A stretch of DNA of 64,000 bases from an uncultured Actinomycetes bacterium. GTDB lineage: Bacteria; Actinomycetota; Actinomycetes; S36-B12; UBA10799. Below, in pieces: positions 20,399 through 29,425 of this stretch; position 1 is the stretch's first letter, and each line of letters starts with the position of its first letter. The notes beneath the pieces are model-generated. The model was not told the DNA's origin and ran no database searches. It saw only the letters and a program-made list of their open reading frames with translations. Where the stretch lies: NCBI GenBank assembly GCA_963821045.1, contig CAWGCB010000006.1, forward strand, positions 619,714-683,713, written 5' to 3'. A program made the position numbers and the translations under genes.

Positions 20399-21380
20399 CT
20401 ACCCCTGAGGGATGGGTACAGCGCCAACCACAGCAGTGAGCACACCTTCCGTGGTCGCACCCTCCGCAAGTGCTTCCGGAGCCAACATCAACCGGTGGGT
20501 CAGAACTGGGCCGACTAATGCTGTTACATCGTCAGGCAGGACGTAGTTGCGACCTGCGGCAGCGGCCACCACTCGGGCAGCGGCGAGTAAGCCGAGTCCT
20601 CCTCGAGGGCTCGCTCCTAGACGGATCTTGCTGGAGCGACGCGTCGCATCCGTAAGTGCCACGATGTAGGCGATCACGGATTCGCTGACATGAACTCGCC
20701 TTGCGTCGGCGATCATCGCAGTTACCTGCGCCGGATCGGTGACTGCCGCGAGGTCGGCGAGTTGGTGGCCCTCATGGTCATTGCGCAGGATCGACTCCTC
20801 CGCGAGGCGATCTGGGTAACCAACCGAGATTTTCATCAGGAACCGGTCCAACTGGGCTTCGGGCAGCGGGAACGTGCCGTCCATGTCGATGGGGTTCTGA
20901 GTTGCGATGACGAGGAACGGGCGCTGCACTGGCCGGGAGGTCCCGTCGACTGTGACCGTCCGCTCCGCCATCACCTCTAGGAGGGCGGACTGCGTCTTGG
21001 GTGAGGCCCGGTTGATCTCGTCGGCGAGGACGACGTTCGCGAAAATTTGGACCGGGGTGAAACTCGAACTCGCCGTTACTTTGGTGGTAGACAGTCACGC
21101 CGGTGACATCGCTGGGCAGTAAGTCCGGCGTGAACTGGATCCGCGATCCGCGCAGCCCGAGCGAGGCGGCCAGGGCCCGAGCCAGCGACGTCTTTCCCAG
21201 GCCAGGAACGTCCTCGAGCAGCAGATGTCCCTCGGCCAGCAAAGAGGTCAGTGCGAGACGTACGACGGCGTCTTTACCGCGGATGAACTGCTCAACATTG
21301 GCGACAATGTCATTGAACTGTCCGGCGAAAGCCTGCGCTTGCGCCGCCGAGAGTGGGGTCGTTGAGTTGTCGAGCGGCAT
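20399..21380 (-). CDS. moxR: MoxR-family AAA+ ATPase; frame broken once
   Basis: Fragments 20778-21380 and 20399-20974. Walker [16 protein letters not shown]. After frame correction the sequence reads ...[34 protein letters not shown], then [23 protein letters not shown]. There is a +1 break at the A/T run 21042-21048. Confidence 0.85.
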
Positions 21381-21502
21381 GAAGACCTTTCAGGACGAGG
21401 AGCAGCATGATGAGGCAAGCCTGATCGTAGCGAGCAACTCGGCGAGAAGTGCGGATTCTTTGACTGTTCTGGAGAGTCAAGATTTCCGATACTGTCGCCG
21501 AT

Positions 21503-22555
21503 ATGGGTGCCTACGGCGAGCCGATCCTGCTCGAAGTCGACGGACACGAGGTGCGCCTGTCCAATCCGCTACGCCCACTGTTCCCGGACGTCGGGGTGAC
21601 AAAGCGCCAACTGCTCGACTACTACCTCGCCGTCGGGCCGGGCATCATGCGCGCGTTGCGCGACCGCCCGACCACGTTGGAGCGCTGGCCCAGCGGAGTC
21701 AAACCCGGTGTCGAACTGACCCAGCGGCAGGGACCGGCCAAGGAGGCGTTTTATCAGAAGAGGGTCCCAAAGGGGGCGCCTGAGTGGGTCCCCACAGCGA
21801 GGATCTCCTTCCCCTCCGGCCGGTTCGCCGATGAGGTGGCACCAGATCACCTCGCCGTGATCGCCTGGGCCACGAACCTGGCGACGATCACGTATCACCC
21901 CTGGCCGGTTCGCAAAGACGATGTAGAACACCCCGATGAGCTCCGGATCGACCTAGATCCGCAGCCTGGCACTGATTTCGCTGACGCAGTCGAGGTCGCC
22001 GGGATGGCACATGAACTGCTCAGCGAACTGGGCCTGAGAGGTTTCCCCAAGACATCCGGCGGGCGCGGTATCCACATCTACGTGCGCACACAGCGCCGAT
22101 GGGACTTCATCGACATGCGCCACGCCGCGATCGCGTTCGGTCGAGAGCTAGAGCGGCGCGCCCCTCACTTGGTGACGACCAAGTGGTGGAAGGAGGAGCG
22201 CGGCGAGCGGATCTTCGTCGACTACAACCAGAACGCCCGCGACCGCACGATTGCCAGTGCATACTCGGTGCGCTCGAAACCTGGCGCACTCGTGTCGGCT
22301 CCGGTTGATTGGTCGGAGTTGGCGAGCATCAACCCAGCCGATTTCAGTGTGCTCACGATGCCGGAGCGCTTCGCCCGCCTCGGTGACCTGCACGAGGCCA
22401 TCGACGACGTCGCCTTCGACATTTCCGGATTACTGGAGATGTACGAGCGTGACGAACGGGACTCTGGACTTGGCGAGATGCCGTATCCGCCTGACTATCC
22501 CAAGATGGCTGGTGAGCCTGATCGAGTTCAGCCGAGCAGGAAGGCCTCGCACTGA
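21503..22555 (+). CDS. LigD-type primase-polymerase domain protein (Prim-PolC-like)
   Basis: 350-aa stand-alone ORF (ILLEVDGHEVRLSNPLRPLFPDVGVTKRQLLDYY...DELRIDLDP...SGGRGIHIYV...VDYNQNARDRTIASAYSVR), typical of archaeo-eukaryotic primase-like PolDom proteins. Confidence 0.8.
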   Translation: MGAYGEPILLEVDGHEVRLSNPLRPLFPDVGVTKRQLLDYYLAVGPGIMRALRDRPTTLERWPSGVKPGVELTQRQGPAKEAFYQKRVPKGAPEWVPTARISFPSGRFADEVAPDHLAVIAWATNLATITYHPWPVRKDDVEHPDELRIDLDPQPGTDFADAVEVAGMAHELLSELGLRGFPKTSGGRGIHIYVRTQRRWDFIDMRHAAIAFGRELERRAPHLVTTKWWKEERGERIFVDYNQNARDRTIASAYSVRSKPGALVSAPVDWSELASINPADFSVLTMPERFARLGDLHEAIDDVAFDISGLLEMYERDERDSGLGEMPYPPDYPKMAGEPDRVQPSRKASH

Positions 22556-22640
22556 GGCCGAGCGTGGAGGTGGAGCACACAAGGTTCGGGACCAATCGCA
22601 CCGATCGCAACCCAGCGATGGTGAGGGGTAGGTTGGAGTC

Positions 22641-23762
22641 GTGCAGTTGCCCGTGATGCCGCCTGTTGCGCCGATGTTGGCAAAAGCAGCAAAGACGATT
22701 CCGGCCAACATGATCTACGAAGGTAAATGGGATGGCTTCCGGGCGATCATCTTCCGCGATGGAGACGATGTTGTGATCGGCTCCCGCAATGAAAAGCCAC
22801 TGACTAGGTACTTCCCTGAGGTCGTCGAGCATGCCTTGCGAGAACTTCCGCAGCGGTGCGTGGTCGATGGGGAGATCATCATCGCCACGGATGGACGACT
22901 GGACTTTGAGGCGCTGTTACAGCGGATCCACCCGGCCCAGTCCCGCGTCGATCTCCTGGCGAAGCAGACCCCCGCCCAGTTCGTCGCATTTGACCTACTG
23001 GCCCTAGGTGATCGCGATCTCATGTCCGAGCCGTTTGTCGTTCGGCGCGCAGAACTCGTGGCCAGTATCGCGGGGTCGGCTCAGTCCGTTCCCGATCCGA
23101 CTTTGAACACGGGTCGGGGCGTGCATGTTGCGGCCGCAACCGAGGATTTGGCGATAGCTCAGCAATGGTTCACACAGTTGGAGGGTGCGGGCTTGGACGG
23201 CATCGTGGCCAAGTCGCCGACGGGGCGCTACCAACCGAACAAGCGAGCGATGGTCAAGATCAAGCACGAGCGAACTGCGGATGTGGTCGTGGCAGGATTC
23301 CGCTGGCACAAGTCCGGGGGAGTCGTCGGTTCACTCCTGCTTGGGCTCTACGACGATGCTGGAGTACTGCAGCAAGTGGGTGTGTGTGCATCGTTCACGA
23401 TGACCAAACGCGCTGAACTCGTTGACCTGCTTGAGCCGCTTCGTCCAAGCGCCGACGAGTTAGAACGCAATGGGCACCCGTGGCTCGCGACACCCGAACC
23501 TGTGTCCAAGTCGGGCGAATCGGCTAGCCATAGCCGAGTTCCCGGCGCCGTGTCACGTTGGAACAGTGGCAAGGACTTGTCCTGGGAGCCGCTTCGTCCT
23601 GAGCTTGTCGTCGAAGTTGCCTACGACCATATGCAGGGGACCAGATTTCGACATACCGCGCAGTTTCGCCGTTGGCGCCCAGACCGTGACCCGACGTCGT
23701 GCACCTACGAACAGCTCCAAATCCCGGAAACGATGGGCCTCGACGCGGTTTTCGCGTTGTAG
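22641..23762 (+). CDS. ligC: ATP-dependent DNA ligase (LigC-like)
   Basis: 373-aa ORF with the adenylation motif EGKWDGFRAIIF, plus DGEIII, FVAFDLL, GLDGIVAK and MVKIKHERTAD (ligase motifs I-V). Confidence 0.85.
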   Translation: MQLPVMPPVAPMLAKAAKTIPANMIYEGKWDGFRAIIFRDGDDVVIGSRNEKPLTRYFPEVVEHALRELPQRCVVDGEIIIATDGRLDFEALLQRIHPAQSRVDLLAKQTPAQFVAFDLLALGDRDLMSEPFVVRRAELVASIAGSAQSVPDPTLNTGRGVHVAAATEDLAIAQQWFTQLEGAGLDGIVAKSPTGRYQPNKRAMVKIKHERTADVVVAGFRWHKSGGVVGSLLLGLYDDAGVLQQVGVCASFTMTKRAELVDLLEPLRPSADELERNGHPWLATPEPVSKSGESASHSRVPGAVSRWNSGKDLSWEPLRPELVVEVAYDHMQGTRFRHTAQFRRWRPDRDPTSCTYEQLQIPETMGLDAVFAL

Positions 23763-23831
23763 TTGCTCTTGACGTTCGCCGACAGTGCGGGGACGCGCAG
23801 TCGGCATGGGCTGTTGAGATAAGGTCGGCGC

Positions 23832-24536
23832 GTGCTTGATCCGAGGGCAGGAGCCAGTCGCGTGGGGCGCGTGCTCGCTCTCGGGGGAGTCGCGCTTGCC
23901 GTGACCGTAGGCGGCCACGTCGCGGCCGCGGGCTCAGTGTCACTGCTCGGCATTGCCGTTGTGGGAATCTTGATGCTGCTGGTGGCTGTCTTCGCAACAG
24001 CCGGTGAACTCAGTGGCAGGTCGTTGTTCGCCTTCATCGGGTCAGCTCAAGTCGGCGCCCACTTCCTCTTCGGCCACCTCGGCGCTCATGGTTCGCATGG
24101 GGCCTCATCAGCTGCGCTTGGCGCCGTCCCAGGTTCGGATGGCGCCACGACCGGTGCTGCACTCGCTACCCACGCGCACGGATCGGTGGGCCAAGCGACG
24201 GAAGCGACGGCGGCCCTTGGTACTACGTTGGTGGGCGCAGCTAGTGCGGTTCTGAGCGCAGCGCCCATGGTGCTGATGCACGCCGCCGTAGCGTTGGTGA
24301 TGGCGCTGATCTTACGAGCGGGAGAACGCACCTACTTCAACTTGCACAGACTCCTGCCGTCGCTACTTGCCCTGTTGCTTGGGTTATTCAGTCGTAGGAT
24401 CCCCCTGGCTCGACCGGCACACTCTCACGCTCGACTCACTGTCCTCGGGCGCCGTTCGCAGCCAACTGTGCAGTCTCTTCTCATTGGGCACGACATTGCT
24501 CGGCGCGGACCGCCCCTAGGGCTGGCTGTCTCCTAG
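23832..24536 (+). CDS. Hypothetical polytopic membrane protein with His-rich loops
   Basis: 234-aa ORF with several hydrophobic helices. His clusters AHFLFGHLGAHGSHG and THAHGS. I did not recognise a family. Confidence 0.5.
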   Translation: MLDPRAGASRVGRVLALGGVALAVTVGGHVAAAGSVSLLGIAVVGILMLLVAVFATAGELSGRSLFAFIGSAQVGAHFLFGHLGAHGSHGASSAALGAVPGSDGATTGAALATHAHGSVGQATEATAALGTTLVGAASAVLSAAPMVLMHAAVALVMALILRAGERTYFNLHRLLPSLLALLLGLFSRRIPLARPAHSHARLTVLGRRSQPTVQSLLIGHDIARRGPPLGLAVS

Positions 24537-24784
24537 CAAATACCTGCTTTCAGGCAAGACTCTGTCGCCAACACCGACACCTGCCAATCGGAACAGATCT
24601 AAGGATCGTCGATTCGTAGGACGTCCGTGGCGATCCCCGGTGCGCGAACTATCAGGCGCACCCGTTTGCGGCACCCAAAGCCCGCCGTGGGCTCGGTGCT
24701 ACGTACCCCCGACAAGAAAGTAGATGACATGTTCGTTGTATTTACGTGCCCTCAGGCACGCGTCAATGTAGGTCGTGAGAGCGG

Positions 24785-25432
24785 ATGAACCGCAGCGATC
24801 AGATGGACAGTATGAGCTCAGGCGATCAGATGAGTGGGTCGATGTCCATGAGCGGGCCCGACCTGTTCCCGTCCTGGGTGATGTTCGGCTGGATTGCAGC
24901 ACTAACTGCGGTGCTTGTCCTGCACATCGGCTACCTACTGCGGATGGCTGGTCAGCACCGCTGGTTCCATCTTGCGCACGTGGCGATGATCGTCGGAATG
25001 ATCTACATGTACGCAATGATGGAGTTCAAGCTCAAGTGGGTCTCTGGTCCAGTCTGGGTGTGGTTCTATACCGTCACGACCGCTGCGATTCTCGTATGGA
25101 TGATTGTCAGGTTCGTTACGCGCAAGCCATTCAGCTACCTGTGGGTGCTTGCGCTGCTCCAGCAGGCGGCGATGATCTACATGTGGATTCCAATGAGCTC
25201 GTGGGTTCCGTGGTTCAGCTACCTGCTGACCGCCTACTTCGCGGTGGAGGCGCTGGTCTGGCTAGTCGGTCGCATCAGCGACGTGAAGCCAGGGCGGGGA
25301 TTCGAGGTGGGTCCTGGACCCCGTGGCGAGGCAGTTCGACTAGGGCATACCTCGTTCCTATCGAACCTCAGCATGGCAGTCATGGCGGCTTCGATGAGCT
25401 ACATGTTCCTCGGCATGCAACTGATGGCATGA
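24785..25432 (+). CDS. DUF5134-like membrane protein with Met-rich N-terminus
   Basis: 215-aa ORF. The first 22 residues contain 6 Met (MNRSDQMDSMSSGDQMSGSMSM). The TM core LHIGYLLRMAGQHRWFHLAHVAMIVGMIYMY resembles the DUF5134 pattern. It ends 13 nt before the ATPase start. Confidence 0.6.
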   Translation: MNRSDQMDSMSSGDQMSGSMSMSGPDLFPSWVMFGWIAALTAVLVLHIGYLLRMAGQHRWFHLAHVAMIVGMIYMYAMMEFKLKWVSGPVWVWFYTVTTAAILVWMIVRFVTRKPFSYLWVLALLQQAAMIYMWIPMSSWVPWFSYLLTAYFAVEALVWLVGRISDVKPGRGFEVGPGPRGEAVRLGHTSFLSNLSMAVMAASMSYMFLGMQLMA

Positions 25433-25445
25433 GGGAGTGCTTGCC

Positions 25446-27768
25446 ATGACTAGATCAGATACTCAGATGTCGAGAATGTCGGGCTCTAGCCACGCTGGCG
25501 CGGATCAATGCGCCAGCGTGGCCCCAACATCTCCGTCCGGTCCAACTACTGCGCTGCTCGATATCCAAGGAATGACGTGCGGTGCGTGTGCGGCTCGATT
25601 GACGAAGAAGCTGAACAAGATGCCTGGAGTGACGGCGACGGTTAACTACGCCACTGAGCGGGCGAGTTTGTCGCTGCCCGAGAACGTCACAGCCACGGAC
25701 GCCATCGCGGTGGTCGAATCTGCTGGTTATGGTGCTTGTCTCCCGGATCAGGGCGACGAGGACCGGGGCGGACACGGGTCGGCGGGTCAGGCGGTTGGTG
25801 AAACCGGGCGCGGAACCAACGCGAAGACTCGCTCGCTACGTAACCGACTGCTGGTCGCGCTAGTTCTGTTCATGCCCCTTGGGGACGGATCCATCGCATT
25901 TTCGTTCTTCCCCTCCACTCGGTTCCCTGGATGGCAATGGGCGCTCGCTGCACTGGCGGCGCCCGTTGTCACGTGGTGTGCCTGGCCCTTCTACCGTGCG
26001 GCTTGGAATGCGCTCAAGCACCGCACGACCACGATGGACACGCTGGTATCACTCGGGATTCTGAGTGCGACCGCGTTATCGCTCTACATCATGTTCTGGC
26101 AACCGCCCGGGTTCGCCGATACCCAGGTGATCTACTTCGACGTTGCCGCGGGGGTGGTGACGTTCCTTCTGGCCGGGCGCTACTTCGAGGCTCGGACGAA
26201 GTTGCGTGCGGGCGACGAGTTGGCGGCGCTGGCCTCGATTGCCGCCAAGGATGCGACGTTGGTCGATGATCTGGGCATCGAACATTCGATTCCGATCTCC
26301 GCGCTGCGGGTGGGGGACAGATTCCTCGTCCAACCAGGACAGACGGTCGCCACCGATGGTGTCGTGGTGTCGGGTGGCGGTTCGGTGGATACCTCGGCGA
26401 TGACCGGGGAGTCTGTCCCCGTTTCAGTCGCGGTGGATGATTCCGTGACTGGCGGAACCGTCTGCGTCGATGGCGTCATTACGGTCGCTGCAACCAAGGT
26501 TGGGTCAGACACTGCCTTGGCGCAGATGATGGCTCTGATCGAGCACGTGCAGAACGAGAAGGCTGGTGCACAACACTTGGCCGACCGGGTATCGGCGATT
26601 TTCGTGCCGATCGTTCTAGTCCTGACATTGCTCACGGGTGCCACATGGTTGCTCACAGGCGCGCCAACTCCGACAGCAGTCAACGCTGCTTTGTCGGTGC
26701 TCATCATCGCCTGTCCATGTGCGCTGGGCCTAGCTACGCCGACCGCCCTGATGTTCGCATCCGCCACGGCCGCACGAATCGGGATCTTCTTCAAGGGCTA
26801 CGACGCACTGGAAGCGGCCAGGGCCGTCGACGTTGTGTTGCTGGACAAGACGGGAACCCTCACGCAAGGGGAGATGAAAGTGCGTGGGATCGTCAGTGTT
26901 GACGGTGTCGACAGCAGCGAGGTGCTCGCGGCAGCAGGTGCTGTCGAGAAAGGATCATCGCACCCTGTTGCCAGGGCGATCCGTGAAGAAGCTAGCGCGA
27001 TGTGCGATCTGTCCAATGCGCAGGAGTTCAGTGAGTCTGTTGGACGAGGCGCTAGCGGACTCGTCAACGAGGAACTGGTCCTCGTGGGCCGGGAAGGCTT
27101 GGCTCGAAGACCAAGCCGTAGCGATACCCGCGGAACTTGCGCAGCAGTGTTCGCAGTGGGAAGAGCAAGCGAACACGGTTGTCGTAGTGGCACGCTCGGG
27201 ATTGGCGCTCGGGGCCATCGCGGTGGCCGACACAGCCCGGGAGTCGGCACAGGCCGCAATCCGAGACCTCAAGCAACTCGGCATGAGGACCGTGCTGATT
27301 ACCGGCGACAACACCGCGACGGCTACTGCTCTGGCTGGTGAACTGGGAATCGACGACGTAGTCGCGCAGGTTCTCCCAAACGAGAAGGCGCAAGTGGTGG
27401 CGAGGCTGCAGGCTGACGGGAAGTCCGTTGCGATGGTTGGCGACGGAATCAACGACGCCCCAGCACTGGCCGTTGCTGACCTCGGGATAGCCGTCGGTTC
27501 GGGCACAGACGTGGCCATGAAGACTGCGGACATCATCATCGTTCGAGATGACCTGCGGCTCACTGGTGCGGCCATCCTGCTCGCTACGCGCACGCACCGG
27601 ATCATCCGCGGCAACCTCGGCTGGGCATTCGGATACAACGTGGCCGCGATCCCGATCGCAGCTCTTGGATTGCTCAACCCACTCATTTCCGCTGCCGCCA
27701 TGGCGTTCTCATCCGCGTTCGTAGTCTGGAATAGCTCGCGGCTGCGGCGTCTTCCGAAGGTCCGGTAA
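25446..27768 (+). CDS. copA: Copper-translocating P1B-type ATPase; frame broken once
   Basis: HMA domain GMTCGACAARL, CPC motif IIACPCALGLATP, DKTGTLT and GDGINDAPAL. Fragments 25437-27341 and 26884-27768 join near ~27090 (+1). GAGGGAG lies upstream of the ATG at 25446. Confidence 0.9.
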
Positions 27769-27858
27769 CTGGGGAAGTGGCGGCGCTTGGGCGCAACAAA
27801 GGCACCGACGGACTGCCGTGGCCTGGGAACAGCCCAGGGCGCGGGTTAGCCTGGTCAT

Positions 27859-28248
27859 ATGCCAACTCCCGTGTCCGGTGGAGCGATCCGTCGACTCCTA
27901 CATCGACTAGGTACGAGCGAGGCCGAACTTGAGGCTGCCGAGCTGGCCGAATCAGCACGCGAATCGGGTGCGACTCCAGTGGAGAGGTGCGCGTGCGGTG
28001 AGGTCGTGACGATCTCTGGTCCGCTTCGCTCAGTAACCCTGCTCCCGGTTGCCGGGACGGCGTCTCTGGAGGCTGAGTTGTATGACGGGACTGGGCGGGT
28101 TTCATTGGTATGGATGGGTCGGCGCCGCATTCGCGGTATCGAACCAGGACGCGTGCTCACAGCTACTGGGCGCCTCAATACGGTTGACGGCCGCCAAGTG
28201 ATCTTCAACCCTCGCTACGCACTGCGCCCAGTATTGGCTGGTGAGTAG
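27859..28248 (+). CDS. OB-fold nucleic-acid-binding-domain protein (conserved actinobacterial, unknown function)
   Basis: 129-aa ORF (...VTISGPLRSVTL...LEAELYDGTGRVSLVWMGRRRI.GIEPGRVL...GR). It shows the conserved pairing with DUF3159 seen in mycobacteria (Rv2694c/Rv2693c-like). Confidence 0.65.
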   Translation: MPTPVSGGAIRRLLHRLGTSEAELEAAELAESARESGATPVERCACGEVVTISGPLRSVTLLPVAGTASLEAELYDGTGRVSLVWMGRRRIRGIEPGRVLTATGRLNTVDGRQVIFNPRYALRPVLAGE

Positions 28249-28253
28249 GGGAT

Positions 28254-29117
28254 ATGGAGGATCGCAATCTGACAGATGATTCAGAACAGACCGAGCCAGA
28301 ACTTGCCGCGACCGACACCAGTGAGGCCGACTCGACGGATTCGGACGGGGCTGACAGGCCTGCGCCGAACGCGCCAGGGATGCCCCTACCAGGGCCGCTT
28401 TCCTCGCTCGGTGAAGAGTTGCGCACCGATGTCTCAATCAACTCGAACGTGCTCGCCAACGCGATCGGCGGTTGGCGCGGCATCATCGACAGCAGCCTGC
28501 CCGCACTGACGTTCATCGTCGCCTACCTGGTGACGGGACAAGACCTCACCCTGTCCATCTGGACGGCGATCGGTGCTGGAGCGCTAATCGCGATTTGGCG
28601 ACTCTTGCGCCGCCAGAGTCTGCAGCAGGTGCTCGGCGGATTCTTCGGTGTCGCGATCTCCGCCTTCTTCGCCGCGCGCACGGGTGAGGCGGCGAACTTC
28701 TTTCTACCGGGGCTACTCATCAACCTTGCGTACGGAGTCGGTTTCGCCATCTCCAACCTCGTTCGCTGGCCTATCGTCGGACTTGCCGTCGGTGCTGCCA
28801 CGGGCGATGCGACCGGATGGCGCAAAGACCCCGCCTTGACCAAGGCGTACCGGATGGTCACGTGGCTGTGGGCAGCGATGTTCACCGTCCGTCTGGCGGT
28901 GCAGTTGCCGCTGTACTTCGCCGGTCTCGTCGGAGCTCTTGGCGTGGCGAAGATCGCTTTGGGCTGGCCGCTGATTTTGCTCGTTGGTTTGTGGAGTTAC
29001 CGGGTCATCAAACCGGCGCTTGCTGCTGCGCATGAGCGTTCAAAGTCGAAGGATCAGACGCGCGAACTCGACGATGGTTCGCCGCAACCCACGACCGAAC
29101 CGCCTGCTCAGGGCTAG
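28254..29117 (+). CDS. DUF3159-family membrane protein
   Basis: 287-aa ORF with an acidic N-terminus followed by ~6 TM helices. Position next to the OB-fold gene is as in other actinobacteria. Confidence 0.65.
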   Translation: MEDRNLTDDSEQTEPELAATDTSEADSTDSDGADRPAPNAPGMPLPGPLSSLGEELRTDVSINSNVLANAIGGWRGIIDSSLPALTFIVAYLVTGQDLTLSIWTAIGAGALIAIWRLLRRQSLQQVLGGFFGVAISAFFAARTGEAANFFLPGLLINLAYGVGFAISNLVRWPIVGLAVGAATGDATGWRKDPALTKAYRMVTWLWAAMFTVRLAVQLPLYFAGLVGALGVAKIALGWPLILLVGLWSYRVIKPALAAAHERSKSKDQTRELDDGSPQPTTEPPAQG

Positions 29118-29320
29118 TCGGCGAACAGCCTCGCGAGGTTGGATTCCTGATCGGGGGCGCTGACGAAGAGCAGCTCGTCGCCGGCCTTTCTTGCTTAGCC
29201 TTGTTGGGGTCGCGGTCCATGAGCAGCACGTCGTGGCTGTTGGCGCCGAGTTCTTGCGCGATAGAGCGTAACTGCGTTCAACAGATCCGTTGCAGGTGAG
29301 CCGAGGCGAGTCAGTCAAGA
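29114..29320 (-). pseudogene. trkA: Remnant of a trkA-type K+ uptake regulator gene (N-terminal and C-terminal scraps fused)
   Basis: The minus strand reads ...[13 protein letters not shown] / IAQELGANSHDVLLMDRDPNKAKQ (TrkA-N Rossmann start with a degraded GxGxxG). In another frame it is joined directly to ...KAGDELLFVSAPDQESNLARLFAD* (TrkA-C end). Only ~200 bp remain of a ~660-bp gene. Confidence 0.5.
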
Positions 29321-29425
29321 GTCGGTCTACTAGATTTGGACCGTTGGCTAAACCTATTCTCAGCCGCATATCCACCTGATCCGCATGTACTGCATGTACC
29401 GACCGTGAGAGAAGGCCACATTCGT

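Noticed and set aside
21503-23762. A complete Ku-dependent NHEJ locus.
   Set aside because: No Ku-like ORF is present in the window. The gene sizes and split organisation fit the LigC/Prim-PolC type.
24537-24784. A CsoR-type operator, suggested by a TACCCCC stretch upstream of the copper genes.
   Set aside because: I could not see a matching GGGGGTA half-site at a suitable distance. Only the unrelated CGTGCC/GGCACG palindrome is reported above.
26180-26794. A long ORF (204 aa) antisense to copA. Similar long antisense ORFs occur at 12676-13131, 13225-13815, 33656-34219, 45101-45775, 46253-46879 and 60776-61429.
   Set aside because: Each lies exactly opposite a strongly conserved gene. They are Arg/Ser/Pro/Ala-rich with no recognisable family features. 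Such open antisense frames are expected in GC-rich DNA.
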